The notes: generated by a model from the sequence alone, not told the origin. Counted from the whole stretch's first letter, positions 29,001 to 42,900 are shown. The stretch is DNA of 63,559 nt, filler included, from Choristocarpus tenellus KU-1152 (GCA_964200185.2; 9 parts of 9 records of this genome joined end to end with filler, not necessarily neighbours in it); one strand, 5' to 3'. Program-made: numbers and translations.

Positions 29001-32000
29001 TACGACTTCAAAGTTCCCTCTGAGGACATGGTTCAGGTCTGCTCAAGGTCTAGACTGTGAACAGTATTGGCTGGGATTTAAGATTTATTCTAAGGGCGGG
29101 CTTGGACGGAGATTGGACTCCTGGACTTAATCCTGTGTTAGCTTGTCTGCCTGTGAACAGTCTACATAGGTGTATGTTGCTATTCATTTTTCTTGCCTTC
29201 CCTTTTCGTGGGAGAAAGTGCGAAACTGTAGCTCGTGGTTGTCATATTGAAAATTGGTCTCTCTACCCATTTCAGTTTCAACCAATCCAGGTTACAGCTT
29301 CCATCTCACCTGCCCTTTTCATACATCTAGGTAGATGACTTGCGCACCATCCAGACCCAATACCAAGGGGAGATGGATGCGGCCAGGGAAGAAAACGAGG
29401 AGAAAATGCCTGATATGGTTCGAGATCTGGACACCAACATAGCTCGATTAAATGATCAGCTTGTGCAACTAGGCGCACAACTTGATGAGGGCGTATTTAC
29501 CGATGCCGTGCACTTCTCAAACCCTGGACCTGTGAGTGTTTTCAGTGCACTTAATTTTCTAGTGTAAAGCATAAATCCATCTGGAGAGTCAAGTACGAAC
29601 CTCTTCTATTCCTTGTTTGATAGGAGTGCACTGCATCTCATGAATCACCGTATCTGCATTTTTTGAACATTGCATTCAAGCCCATATAATTCATTAAGTT
29701 TACAGAGTTCACCCACCAGAGCGAGTGGTATTGGGTATATATAATTATGACTGGATCTATGAAATAATTGTTTTGCCAAACTCCTAGGTATTGGCGGAAC
29801 TGGAGAAGGTTAAGGCAAAACTGGACCAGGTAGAAGGTCTTGAGAAACAATACTCTGCATATCAAGCCCTCTTTGGCATCACTGTGTATAGCTACAAGAA
29901 CTTGGTGAAGACGCAGGAGAAGTTTGATCAGATGAATGGGTTGTGGCAGGTGAGGTTGCCATGGATCGACCACTGACAAGAAACTACTGGGGCAATGGAC
30001 ATTGATGGGAAGTAACATCTTATAGTGATGGATTACTGAAACAACAGATTCCATCATTCTTTACTTCCTTCATCTTGACAACACTTATTGAGAAGTGGCA
30101 TATTCTAATCCTTAATCTCAATGGTCGCTTGGAGGAGGTACCCTCGTTTTAGATCACCAAGTATTTCTATGTACTACCCAAATACTCCAGGAGTGGAAAG
30201 CAAGTTAAGAGATTATGATAAGTAAAACAAGAGAGCGTTCAACAATTTTGGACTATATTTTGCAAGCAAGACAGGATCCCAAGTGATCGTACCTCTTCTA
30301 CCAGGCATGTAGTCATCTTACCCTATTCGTCTGTTCAAATATATTCCACACTACTCATCAGATGGTGAATCGATGGAATGAAAAGTATGAATCATGGATG
30401 AACGATTCATTTGTGTCCTTGAACGCAGAGGAGATGAACACAGAGGTGCAGGTATTTGTCAAGGACAGCTTTGCCGCACACAAGAAGGCAAGTGGTGAAA
30501 TGTACAGCAAAGGGCTCCTGTATGTGGGGTAGGGTGGAGGATATACATACATATATATATATATATCGAGATAGTTAGGGTCCGTTGAGGGTGAAAGATA
30601 GTTCAGGACAAAGACCCTAGCAAAAAGTAGCCTCTCCCTGGAGGAATATTGCCTGGCTTGTCAGAGATTTCCAATGAGTCCATACTTTGGAAAGGACTAC
30701 CATTGGTATTGAGTGAAACAAGCTATGAGGGCGGTCGATTTTGGCACTTTGAATTGTTAGCTGTTCTTGTGTAATACACACCATGTCTATTTTTGGAATT
30801 CAATCAACTCCCCTTAGGAGGGTGTGGGTGTAGAAGAGAAGAACAACTTTGAACATATTGTTAGCCGAAATCATATTCAACAATATAAAACACATGTATC
30901 AGACGGCAATCATAAGGATCTTTAAGACCTGACTGCATCCCCCTCTTAGATAGTACTAGTCATTAGTCGTTAAAACAAGAGCATTGCTAGAGTTCTAGCT
31001 TTCCAAAACTTTCTTCTGGGAGTATTCTACATCTTCAGTGTGCCGGTGAAACAATTCAATTCGCAGTTAGGAGGGCAGCACAGAATGGGAAATTTATGCA
31101 CAATTGATGTTGGGAACATGAGCATCATTCATGATTATCTGGGTGGCGGTTTCCCTATTGGACGGAAAACAGATGAATTGTGACGTCACGGGACGGTTGA
31201 AGGAAGTCACTCAGGACTTCAAAGCCAAGATGCCTGTTGTTGTGGAAATGGGAAATCCTGCAATGAAGCCACGGCACTGGCAGCAACTGTTCAAGGTGGG
31301 TGTCAAACAGTAGTAACACTGTGTTGATTCCTCAACATACCGCCAACACCATGTCCACACACGCATTGCTGCACAACAAAGAGTGTGAACAATAGAGGGA
31401 AATTTCCATCATGTGTGTGTGTGTGTGTGTGTGTGTGTATCCCTGTCTCCCTCAGGCAAGCACACACAATTATCAATCTATTTTAACAAAAACCTCCATC
31501 TGGAGGTCAATTGCTGATGACTACAATATGTGGTACACCGTTTAGTAAGACTGAGCTTGTTCACATAATATATATTTTCATGGTTCCGACTCTGTGCAAG
31601 AAACTGTGACTAAAAGTATCTCGAGGGGGAGGGGGGTCTACACTTGGGTGTCCATTTGGCCCAAAATCAGGAAAAGTGCACTTACATTATCCATCGGACA
31701 TATGCAACCCAAACCACCCAAAAATCGCGACATGAAAAAGTTGACCCCAATTGGACAGCCGCCACCCCTCCTCAGATACTTTTGCCCTGTAGGTACGATT
31801 GCTGTCGATTGGGAATGGGAGCATGCAGTAATGGTGCAAGGGTTGTTGAGTTAGAGGGGTCAACTTCAAAGTCGTTCGATGCAGTTTAACGGTACACTTT
31901 GTAAACACTGAGCAAAAAATATCGAATGCATGGCAGCCTGATGTCTTTCCTGTTTCTAGAGTGACATCGCGCAGTTAGGGGTTCAAATGTTATGGCATAC

Positions 32001-34289
32001 TACTTGTCACAGACGCGGTTCTGGAAGTCAGTTTTACACATAATGCAAATCCCAGACTGCATGCAATTTTTTTCCCGTTATCTCCTGGGTCTATGTGTTC
32101 TTTCGGCTTCAACGTCATGATATTCTGCCTAACACAACTGGGGCATATTGTGTCAAATAAGGGTCGCTACTATCCCTAATGTTCTTACTCACCAGACTCC
32201 ACCCAAATGTTCCACAAGTGGGATATTCAAGGAACTTGGGACTCGGCAACAGAGAGACTGCTCTAACGTCCAATCATCCTTCAAGGTCCTGAGGTTCTCT
32301 TGTTTGTACACCACACCTTTGAAGATCATGAGCAAAAAAATGAGATTCCAGCATCTTTTTTCTAAGGAGAAACCTACTGTGGGAGTTTATTCACCTTGTC
32401 ACATTTCTGTTTTCTCTATCTACACCTGTCAATGCTTCTCGACCACATAAAGTTGAGAGGAGAAAGTGCAGATCTCTGTTTTAATCAAATTTACCCTAAA
32501 AGTTGAGAATACTACTGAATCGCACAAGTCCTGCGATGCACTTGAATATAGTTACTACATAAAGGAAAGACTCAGACACATTTGGGTACATACAGATTAA
32601 TGGCATATAAGATTATTTATGACACAATTTTATACCTGCGGAAACCTGAATGGAGCACAAAATATAGGGGAACCGGAGAGATTACCGCGGCCTGGGGCAT
32701 CTATTTGATTCAGAATCGGAACATTTGCTCCAACGTAGGGTTGAATAGGAGACTCAAATGGAAACATTGTCACCAAGCCTTGTTCCCTAACCCTTTTTCT
32801 TTGTCGTTTGCATCCCCCATCGTTTTCCTAACACATTGATATCCTGGTCGACCAGTCACTCAACCAACCCTTTTATCCAGAGGCAGTGTTCTCGTTGTCA
32901 GAGCTCCTTGACTATGGGGTTGTATCAGCCGCGGAGCAAGTTTCTGAGCTCAGTGCAGCAGCATCAGGGGAAGCACAGCTTGAGGAATCTCTTGCCAGCA
33001 TCAGCAAGGTCAACATGATTGGCAGTCACTATGTTACTTTACATTGAGTTCTTAAGTGCAACTGTTCTATGTAGGTTGACTGTGTGGAACAGAGAAGATG
33101 ATTTAATCTAAGTTCTAGGTCCTGATTTTCTTTTTTGGGGGGTCTGAATCTGATACTCTGGATGAGTGAAAGTATTTTAGAGGGTAAGAGTTTTGCCCTG
33201 TTTGTCCATTTGGGGCTTGGCTTCCCATGGGTCTTTTAGTTTAATTTTCCCTCTGCAAAATATTTCGGAGTAGGTAAAATGTATACTTCATGAAAATGTG
33301 TGTCCGGACAAGGATGTTGACACTTCCTAACAAACACGATAGCCAAAATTACATCAAAATTGCAACATTGGATTTTGGCCCCGAAATGGACACGGCTCTA
33401 CTCTCTAAGATACTTTGGCTCGGATCCCGGATTTACTTTTGAAGTTGAAAGACACGGTGCATTTCAAAAGTTGAAAGGGGAGTAAGAGATAAAAGATACA
33501 CATTTTCCTTCTGGTTGGGTCTAGAAGAGATTAATGATTGTGCCATTGAAAAATATTTTCAAATGCAGACTGTAAGTGTAAGAGTTCCTGAACAATTAGA
33601 TTGTGCCTTATCTTACAGGGTGCAGATTTTGACAAGTTTCCACGAAACATTAATATCCTTGCTTCTTGAGGAATTACGGAGTACAAAGTAACAGTCATTT
33701 TGAGTGCAATAGTCCTGGGTCGGATTCTCAATTGTTTTGCTCGTTGGTGGAAGGGTTTCCCCATCTGTTGGATTGACCAGCAGCCACTACCCAGTCTATC
33801 TCTTCAAGTCTCTTCCAGTACACTGGAGTAGCTCCTAAGAAAAGCATTGGTTGTCTAAGAGACTGACACGCACTCACATGCTCTCTGCTCACTCACAACC
33901 GGACTTCCTTTTGTGACTGGGGTCAGGGTTGGGATGATACTTCATTCACCACCTTATCACATCGAGACCAACCAGGCGTATATATACTTGGGGGGTTGGA
34001 CGAAATATTCATGACGCTCGAAGACAACCAGGCAAGTGTTCATTTATCTTCCACGATCGCTGTGGATAACATTTAGTTTTCATATATCGCCTTTGCACCT
34101 TGGCAAGATGTTGACAACTGCTTGGTGCCTTTCTAAACTGCCATAATGTTACCATCGCCAATGGGTATCAACCTCGAATCGCTATCACTTAACAGCATAT
34201 TACCAGCTCTAACAGAGATACTCATACTTTGCCAGGTTACACTGCAGACAATGATGGGCTCACGCTTCATTATGGGGGTTAAGAATGAG
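20015..34289 (+). CDS. Axonemal dynein heavy chain, probably single-headed inner-arm type (DNAH6-like), partial tail/DHC_N2 linker region; 14 exons
   Basis: Exons about 20015-20127, 24422-24496, 25142-25348, 25630-25812, 27229-27340, 27812-27875, 28907-29036, 29331-29531, 29788-29949, 30362-30487, 31173-31295, 32856-33008, 33927-34031, 34236-34289 splice in frame. Motifs DFVRLADYL, MGNPAMKPRHWQQL, ASGEAQLEESL, YILGGLDEIFMTLEDNQVTLQTMMGSRF. Confidence 0.92.
21480..24200. repeat. Degenerate tandem array, unit about 111-120 bp, in a dynein intron, interrupted by MITE D
   Basis: Recurring GGATCCTTGAAAC...GCTGCTTAAGTCACCTG..TATCCTGCAAC...GTAGAA.GGCCACAAA; anchors near 22649, 22760, 22975, 23092, 23212, 23330, 23446, 23627, 23745. 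Confidence 0.75.
22341..22600. mobile_element. MITE family 1 copy D
   Basis: TIRs present, flanked by AAT/AAT (or AATA/AATA). Confidence 0.92.
24636..24895. mobile_element. MITE family 1 copy E
   Basis: Reverse orientation, degenerate right TIR, flanked by ACTT/ACTT. Confidence 0.9.
26778..27036. mobile_element. MITE family 1 copy F
   Basis: TIRs AAAGTATCTTAGAGGGTA / TACCCTCTAAGATACTTT; 4-bp TSD TGAA. Confidence 0.95.
31608..31786. mobile_element. MITE family 2 copy (~180 bp, G-tract TIRs)
   Basis: AAAGTATCTCGAGGGGG...CCCCTCCTCAGATACTTT; interior matches 38305-38485 and 44322-44503; flanked by TGT/TGT. Confidence 0.88.
33164..33421. mobile_element. MITE family 1 copy G
   Basis: GAGTG...GGCTC termini; 4-bp TSD GGAT. 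Confidence 0.95.
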
Positions 34290-34534
34290 GTGAGGGAAGC
34301 TAATGCTGTTGTGGTTCATTCTTCGATTCCTTTATGTTTGCAACAACTACTTGCTTCAACACTCCCTAAAGACAATATTCTCAAATATATATTCTTCGCC
34401 TTAGTGTAAGGGGTCCCAAATCTGTGGTTAAAAACGGGAAGTTAGAGGAATAATAGTAATATTACAATACTTGAGAAGATATGAAGTGACACAGAAATAT
34501 TTAAACATAAGTAGAAGAAAGAAGAAGATGAACG

Positions 34535-34578
<44 letters not shown>

Positions 34579-34672
34579 AATCTGTGTAACTAAGACAGCC
34601 AAGGAAACCTGGGCTCTACCCACTTTCACTCAGTATACTTGGAACAGGGCGCCATCGACGTTGTTGACATCA

Positions 34673-34696
34673 GGGTCAAAGTATCTCGGGGGGGGG
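34673..34696. mobile_element. MITE terminus (G-tract subfamily) at contig end
   Basis: GGGTCAAAGTATCTCG(n). Confidence 0.75.
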
Positions 34697-34796
34697 NNNN
34701 NNNNNNNNNNNNNNNNNNNNNNNNNNNNNNNNNNNNNNNNTTAATTAATTAANNNNNNNNNNNNNNNNNNNNNNNNNNNNNNNNNNNNNNNNNNNN
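34697..34796. other. Artificial contig linker
   Basis: N44-TTAATTAATTAA-N44. Confidence 0.99.
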
Positions 34797-35163
34797 CTGG
34801 CACCTTGGACTCGTCGCCGCCACTGCCCACTGAATGGGCGTCTGGGGACACACATGGGTCACTCCTGACAGGCATGGACTCTGAGTTCCTGCCTAGCTGC
34901 CCACTCACGTCCTCCTGTGCAAGTTCCTCTGAACCTGACAAAGCGTTACAAACAGGTCGGTCCCCATCGCCTTCAGAGTCGTGTTCCGAGGGTGTGATGG
35001 TATGCCTCCCCTCTCGTAGAGTCACCCTTCCCGTACCTACAGCAGGGCTACGCGATGGGCTATCCTGTTACTCTTCATCACCTGTTGGATTGGGTCTTCC
35101 ACAAGGTATAGGCGTGGATACGCCACCAGCTACCAGTGTCTTCATCAGTGCAAAATTTTGCAG

Positions 35164-37269
35164 ACGCAGCTATTGGAGTACAATGGTATAGAGTTCTTGC
35201 CGTTCACTGTCCACCGCAAGAACACGATTCAATGGAACGCAAGACACCACTCCAGCTACGGAGGGATGTTCAGTGCTGGAGATGAGGTCATCTTTGTCAC
35301 TGAAGACTTCGAGATGCTGAGTGCTAGCTTCATTGATGGCGTGCCAACTATTAACATGTCACGGACGGACAAGGTGAGCAATGCTTCTTATTGCTTCTAA
35401 GAGAATAATACCCCACACGAATGATTCCACGCTGTCCATATACAGATGTCACATATCCACTTATATCCCCTCTAACCAACATAGATTCCTCCCAATCCTG
35501 ACATCCAAATCAGTGTCATTTTGTTCTCCCAATCTGCAACCGCCAGAGACACCTTTTGTTCGTAGATAGTGCTGCTGATACACATAGACACCACCGGCGG
35601 ATTATGTAATAGGATGGAGAGCCAATGACAGATATATTACATGTACTGACTCATAGTGAGTGAAAGTATATTAGAGGGTACGAGATTTGCCCTGTTTGTC
35701 CATTTGGGCTTGGCTTGCCATGTGTTTATTTATTACATTTTCCTACTCCAAAACGTTTTGGAATAGGAAAATGTGTACGTTATGAAAAGGTGTGTCCGGA
35801 ACAAGGATATTGACACTTCCTAGTTAAATATCATAGCCAAAATTACATCAAAATCGCAACATTGGATTTTGACCCCCAAATGGACGCAGCCGTACCCTCT
35901 AAGATACTTTGGCTCAGTGTTGATTGGTTTTTATATCAAGTTCAAGATACACTTTCTATACTTAAGACAAGTAAATAAGTGATTCATAGTAAATTAGTGT
36001 GGACAATTACAACCCCACACTATGGAAATAATAATGGTAGTCTAGGCTAGTTTCACCCACGTACTCAGTCAGAGGAACTGAGACCATAAGCCCTTTTATA
36101 ATATTACCTTTGCTCTACATTAAGCTGTTCATTGTCCTTCATCAAAGCACCTAAGCCGCGGGTCCAGTGTGGGATACTTCAACACCTTTCACATAATATT
36201 TCTCACCTTACGTAGGGCAAATAAGCGCATCCCATTCGTTCATTCCGCTGCCTAAGTGTATCCTCTATCATACATAAAAACTATCCGTTTCTCAAAAAAC
36301 CCAACAAACAACCCCCCTATACAACCAAACCAGGCCATCATCACGTGCAAACACATTCCAATAGTCCTACACATAAACACGGCCCCCGCAACGAACATGT
36401 TTGTGGTGATGCAGGACACACAACCAGATCCCCGTGTCGTGCCCCTTCAGGCTATCATCATCCCAGACTTCACAGATATCGACCACAACCACCTGGACAA
36501 CACATTCACGATCCTGCCTGGTCAATACCAGAGGTTCACCTCGGAATCTAATCGGCAATCTCTCGGTGGGATACCTGCTCGCTTCTCTAGGCAACTCAGA
36601 CTTGGGGACACATCCGACGCCAGGTTCCGTCAAGGAACCAGCTTCATCCTACGCGCGAGTGGGGGGACCATCGTACAGGGGAAGGTCAGCGATGTTCACG
36701 TAGATGGTTCAGGGGCGTACATCTACTCAATGTCCTACCTCCCGGACGATGGCGAAAAATCTTTGCCCCCTCAGCTGGGGTCGTACATGACAGAGGACGA
36801 GATCGAGGAGGGTGTCAACCAACTTCGAGACAAGAACAAGAGAGACAGTGACGAAGCTGCAGCCCTCTGAGTCAGACAACGCAATCGGTTGATTGTAGAC
36901 TGCCAGCGGAAGCGTAGGGACATAGACAAGGGTATATGGAAATATATACTCCTTGAACCGACACTGAGTTTTGTGCCGGAAATAGATGAGGGAGAAACAC
37001 TCAATGCCAGAGCCAAGGGCAGGGCACTATGCTTCAGATGAGACGATCAGCGGATGCAAGGGATTGTGACCAAGTACCAGCCCCACTACACGGTGAAAGT
37101 TAGAGAGGAGCAAGTCAGCTACCTCTACAAGGTCAAATGGGCTAATGGCGACTTGCGAAATATGCAGCTTCTTGTCCAACACTACAGTATTGACCAAGAC
37201 GCTCCTACACGGGCCTGGTTCTGGACAAGTCCTACACTGCCACCATACCGACGACAGACACGGCTTTGA
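35164..37269 (+). pseudogene. Spliced gene relic with two Tudor-like beta-barrel segments and two in-frame TGA stops
   Basis: Exon about 35164-35373 (AAG/GTGAGC) joins in phase 0 to 36415. The frame 36415-37269 is continuous except TGA at 36868 and 37039. Segments QGKVSDVHVDGSGAYIYSMSY and QGIVTKY...YLYKVKWANGD resemble Tudor-like folds. Confidence 0.45.
35658..35915. mobile_element. MITE family 1 copy H
   Basis: GAGTG...GGCTC termini, flanked by AGT/AGT (or AGTG/AGTG). Confidence 0.95.
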
Positions 37270-37845
37270 GGAGCAACATAGGCCATTTTCTGTTCGTGAG
37301 TCAACCTCTACTTCGCCAGTCCGACACATGCCTCGACAGACATGTTATGATCGAGAGATCGGACGTTCTCTAAATCAACGGACTTACACATTTGGTACAT
37401 TGAATTTATTATCCTCCCGAAGAGTTTTGTGTTTATGTGTCCTCATACGCATGTTTTTATTGGCCCAGTGGCAACCTAGATTTCATCTCCATTAGAGTGT
37501 TCTGCCACCACCCTCTAATACTTTTACTGTCATGCCCCAATCCTTTTTCCTCTCCTCTTTGCGTTGATCGGACCACAGGGCAATTGGCAGAAACCTTACT
37601 ACAAATACGTTGACGCACAAGCATCTCGTACTCCACACCACTATCTTCAGCACAAGTCGAGATTTCCACAACAGATGACCTCTCTTCCATACCCAAACCA
37701 AGCGGCGGCAACCACCCAGGCTCCAAGATTTGAAACCAACAGCAACTTCCTTGAGTCAGAATAACATAGTCTACACCCACTCAAGCGCCAGGCGTAGATC
37801 CTATAAGCATTTTAGTCCAAAATACATCATACGAGGACGGTGGCT

Positions 37846-38051
37846 GGGTCAAAGTATCTTTGGGGGTGGTGGTTTGTGAGGGGACGTCCGTTTCGGTCCA
37901 GACGAATTGCTCAAAAGTAATAGCAATTGCTGTCTTCTGTCTCGGACGATTCACGACTGCAGACAGCAACTGCTACGATTTTCGAGCACTTCGTCCGGAC
38001 CGAAACAAATGCCCCCTCACAAACCACCCCCCCCCCCAGATACTTTGACCC
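37846..38051. mobile_element. Fold-back MITE (family 3), almost entirely an inverted repeat
   Basis: GGGTCAAAGTATCT...AGATACTTTGACCC with arms of about 90 bp complementary around a loop of about 25 nt. Confidence 0.88.
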
Positions 38052-38304
38052 AATGTCTAGGCAGCTGCAGTTGGCTCTATGTATTCACTTCCTCTATCAT
38101 TATATCTATCTGTTCCACGAGAATATTTCATAAATCAAATCGGTTTACTTGTACTACGTAGTATTGTTTTCACCTACTTCAGGGAGTCATCAGGAAATGG
38201 GCCTTCACTATGAAGAGCCAAGGTGGACTTGGTAGGGGGTTGTGACAGGCTGCCTTGCACCTCTTGGCTTGCCTTTCACTTCAATATCACCTTCTTATCC
38301 CGAT

Positions 38305-38485
38305 GGTTCAAAGTATCTTGGAAGGGGGGGGGGTCTACACCAGGTTATTCATTCGGGCCCTGACCAGGAGAAGTGCACACTGACATTATCCATCTGACGC
38401 ATGCAACCAAATCACCCAAAATCAGGCCATGGAAAATGGACCCTGAATGGATAACCGCCACCACCCCCCCCAGATACTTTGAGTC
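38305..38485. mobile_element. MITE family 2 copy
   Basis: GGTTCAAAGTATCTTGG..G(n)TCTACAC...C(n)AGATACTTTGAGTC. Confidence 0.88.
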
Positions 38486-39968
38486 TAATCTGTAATCTGA
38501 ACACCCCATCCATGACGATGTTCTGCAAGGTGATAACAATTTTCTCTACCACGTAGCTGCAACAATCTTCAATTAATCACATCCAAAGGCAAGCCTTTGT
38601 GTTCCTTTTGACACACCCTTTGCCATTCTGGAAATGCTGTCAGTGCAAGTCGGCACTTGAGTAGTTACTGATCGAATTGCTGATGGCTTAGGCTCCTTAA
38701 ATGCAATGATATCAATGCAGGAGAATGCAAAAAAAATGTGAGAGTATCAAGAGACGACAAGAGTGAGTATGCAAATACACTCAAACCTTCTCATCAAAAC
38801 TTGGGACGCACGGAACACACAACAGTGGCATGGCCTGCGCCCCCATACATAGCCTTGAGGTCATCCCCCCATTAAAGGGAGACCCTAAATCCATGGTCTG
38901 GGGCGCTGTCGTCTCCAAGGTGATTGATACACACAAAGTACACATATAGAGGGAGACTTTAAGTCATGATCTGGAGCGCTGACTTCCGAGAGGCCATTGA
39001 TGCGACCATGTCTGAATGTCCTCATGAAGGGTTGCAAGGTCATTTCCAGGTGAGGATGAGGCGTTTGAGGCCATAGATGCCAAAAAAGAAGGATTTTATC
39101 CCCCCCCACTAGGGAGAGGCGGAGAGAGCAGACTCACAACATAAATGTACACCCTATTTAGGTTGAATCCAGTGTTTCTCAAGGAGTCGACAAATGTCCC
39201 GTTTGGTGGACTGAGGCTTTTCCACCTCTAACAGAGAAGACACTACGCATGTTTGGTTGACCTCCATTTAAAAAATACCATTTTCAAATACCGACTGTAG
39301 ATGAGGTAGTAGCCTCAGCCTTCAGGCTTGTAGGTAGATGATGATGGGCTTGATGAGGGCACTACATTGAATGATCAAATACACTAGATCTTTCGCTGCT
39401 TTGATCACTGACTTACGGTTTGATTAAGATACAAAGCAGACCAGGTTTTTGGACATATGAGTATGCTCTCATAGTGACAAAATAAATAAGATGTCAACAA
39501 TCCAACACACAAAATCTAGGACTTCCATGTCCTTAATTGTGTGCATGAAACCACCATTAAGATTCATCTTTGCAAGATGAAGTCAGCAATCTAAGTGAGA
39601 GATCGAGCATCTTCAATGACAATTCATAATGATGGCGTTGCCATCAAGTCTCAACTATTTGCAGGGGGTTGAGGGTTGAGGATACTACCTCATCCACACT
39701 GTGTGTGAACATACCATTTATAATAATTTAGAAGAAACCCTACATTCCAGTCGGTCCCATATATTTTTATTTTGAATAACTCCGATTTATTCTAATCGTA
39801 TCGATCCAATCATACGATTCACAACACAAATAATCTCCCCTTACTGTATCAATAACATTTAAAAATATTATCCACATCCTACGTCAAATACATCACAACA
39901 TCATCATGATTCTATGATGTATTGCCTACCCTCCAACACTTGACAGTGTGTGTTGTGTGTTGTGTGTT

Positions 39969-42900
39969 ATGCGGTCTATATGGTGGCCGCAGTGCTTCAT
40001 AGGTCTCTACTTTATCCTTGGGTGGTATAGAAGTGAATCCTTTGTTCTCCAAGGTGGCCTTCCTCGCCGATTGCCGTATGGCGAGAAGCTATGTCATGGA
40101 TCATCCTTTGGTCGCCTTTTACCAAAGCGCTTCGCCTCGTCTACTGGATCTCATACGCCACGGAACGTCGGCATGCGAATCATGTCGTCCGTGTCCAGCT
40201 TGGATTTGTATGATGGTGCAGATTACAAAGTATACATCGCAAGGTGCGCGTACTACTATTCTCGTGTGCGCGATATGCAACAAGTGTATGTGAGGGGGTA
40301 TTGCTCTGTCGTGCTGGTGTTGAACATATACTCAAGGACAATTCGGCAGGCACAATGTGTAGTTGAGACTTTCTTCAGTGTCTTAGAGAAATCGTCACTA
40401 CAACGATGGTGTTCATCTCCGTTGCCGCCCATTCCATGTTGTGCAATCATTTGCCCTTTCCGCAATAAAAGTATAGGGGAATTGATAAGTTCCGAGCAGG
40501 ACAGGTAAATGCCTCCATAGCTGACTTTGATCAAGCCATCCTGCTGGAGCCCAGAGTCATGCCTTATATGTGGCAAAGAGGGTTATCGCTGTACTATGGT
40601 GAGAGAAAGAGAGAAATGATGTGTTACGAACAATATGGCTCAATCGGAGGAGGGATTAAGTCTTCAAGCCTATGTGGAAAACCCATCCCTTTCCTTTTCA
40701 ATGGAAGTGCGCTACATGACCGAAATTTTACATATTAGCCACGTTTTCCCCTTCCCTCCGCTATTCTCCTAATGGGGAACACATTTTACAATGACTTTCC
40801 AGTCATTTGCAAAGTGGTACACTTATAGCACTTGTTTTGATGACTTTCGATGTTAACAAAATACTTCCACCCCTCTCCGTCCTGTCACTGAACATGCTCC
40901 ATTCTATGTTGGTTGCCTCCATTATCAGCACAACGTTTTGAGGAAGGGTCGGCACAGTTCAGGAAGGATGTGTAAGTGCTAGGCAGTACTCGTGTGAGTA
41001 TATAGTGTGCTTGATGTTGTTGCAACCAATCATTATGGGAGGGGGCATAACATTTTGTAGTTACGACAATTTCATGTGTTGTTACATTTTGTATAGCAGG
41101 AATCAAATATCTACATCTGTGCACCCGGAAAGAGAATAGAGACAAAGATGCTCTCCTTCCCGACTGAATAGAAAGTGTCCACATGTACGTACATGGTCTA
41201 TTCACAGCATCCAACGCTCGTCTAATATTGAAGGCTCAAGGTTAGGGTTAGGGTCGGTTTAGACTTCCCATTTTATGTCTTGGTCAAGAGTCAATGTGTG
41301 AATACAGCAAGACAAGATCCAAAGCAAAGAGAGAGAGTCAACCCTATGGCTTCTCCCTGTCCATATTCTCCACGTCCTTTAGTACCTATACCCACATTTG
41401 AAGTCTGCTATCCAATGCCCAGTATCGATCATTTTCCTCTCTCTCATAGCTGCGGTTGTGGTTCACTTTGCTGGCTACGACAGGGCTGTGAATCCAAACG
41501 ATACCGAGGAGGCGATTTGGGCATTTATGTGTGAAGTCCGTTTGCCCGGTGTGGGCTTTGACACAGCTCGAAGGAATATGCTCAGGGTTGGAAGGTATGT
41601 TGTATACCGCCTTCTGTGTCTATTGAGACATGATTTTCTTTTTGAGGCAGGGTTTTTATTGTGAGAGATGTCTCTGTCCTTTTGCGGCAGACTAGACATC
41701 TATTGAAAGAGGCGGCAAGTTCTGGGAATAGACAATTTTGATATGATCGGGCTGTTCAGATGAGACTCCAGGGCGAGAATGGTAACGTGTTTCAAAGCTG
41801 GCCGAGTGAGGTTGGGAATTTCAAGATGTGAGGATCTTGTGTCTCTTTGCACCGACATGTAACAGATTAAACACATCTATCCTTGTACAGAAGAGGACTA
41901 GCCCAGGGTTGGTTGCATCACTAGAGGAGAGTATCGACTATAGCACCATCTGTAGTGATGCTGCAAAGTGCATGTGCTTCCCAAATGGCTTCACAACTAC
42001 TCTACACAAGGCATTCCCAATTCGTTGTGTAGGAGGTGGTTTGACTGGACAGAAAGTGTGCAGAGATAACTTTAATCTCTTGGTGAGGGTGGTGGTGAGT
42101 GAAGGGCACAGATGGGTTCTGTGCATGAGCTGTTATTGAGTGACCTGTGCGTATCACCTTGGAAATGACTTGCTAATGGTTCAGGTCCTAACCCTAACCT
42201 TTATGTGTCTTTGTGTAATCCCAGTCCTAAACTTCCCTTACAAGAGTGTACTTCCTTCAGGAATCCAGGAAGATATATATATATACATATATATATATAT
42301 TATATATATATATATCCCCCCACCTATCTAAAACATTTATTTTTCAGTTCCTGCTCTTCATTTAGAGGTACAGCTTTAACTATCAATACTATCTTTTGTA
42401 GTAAACACAGCATTTCTACTGTGGGTATGTATACCCTGCCTACGCCCTGCCCCCACTAAAACTTCGGTGGCCAATAATTCAAATATGCAGGATGACCTAA
42501 CAGTCACAATTCCATTCCCCTTGGCCCCTTTTATCCCGTAGGGATAGACGGCCCTTCATGCGAGCAGCCTACAGCATGTTTGCTGGTGAGAGTGGGGAGC
42601 GAGAGCTCGCTCTTGAGATGGGGGATGGGAATACTCTGTCCAGTGCAAGCCCTTCGTACTTCTACAGCAATCTGTACCTTGGGCTCTATGCAGAGGCAAG
42701 GGGTGACGAAACCTTGGCTCAGAAATGTGAGAGGGGTCTCCGGAAATTATTGGAATATATTAGGAATATATTAGGAAGCAAGAGTGTGATGCCACAACGC
42801 GGGGCAGGGTGCAGGGGAGGTTACACACACAAACGCCTCCTACTGGCTAATGGGGGCACAGTGACAACCCTACCTGTCGCATATGCTGCTTCTTGGTTGC

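Noticed and set aside
10759-35915. MITEs as introner-like intron creators
   Set aside because: All intragenic copies sit inside existing introns, at least 30 bp from splice sites; none supplies a donor or acceptor.
38500-39700. Possible decayed coding sequence and small duplications upstream of the TPR gene
   Set aside because: No recognisable motif or splice-consistent frame was found.
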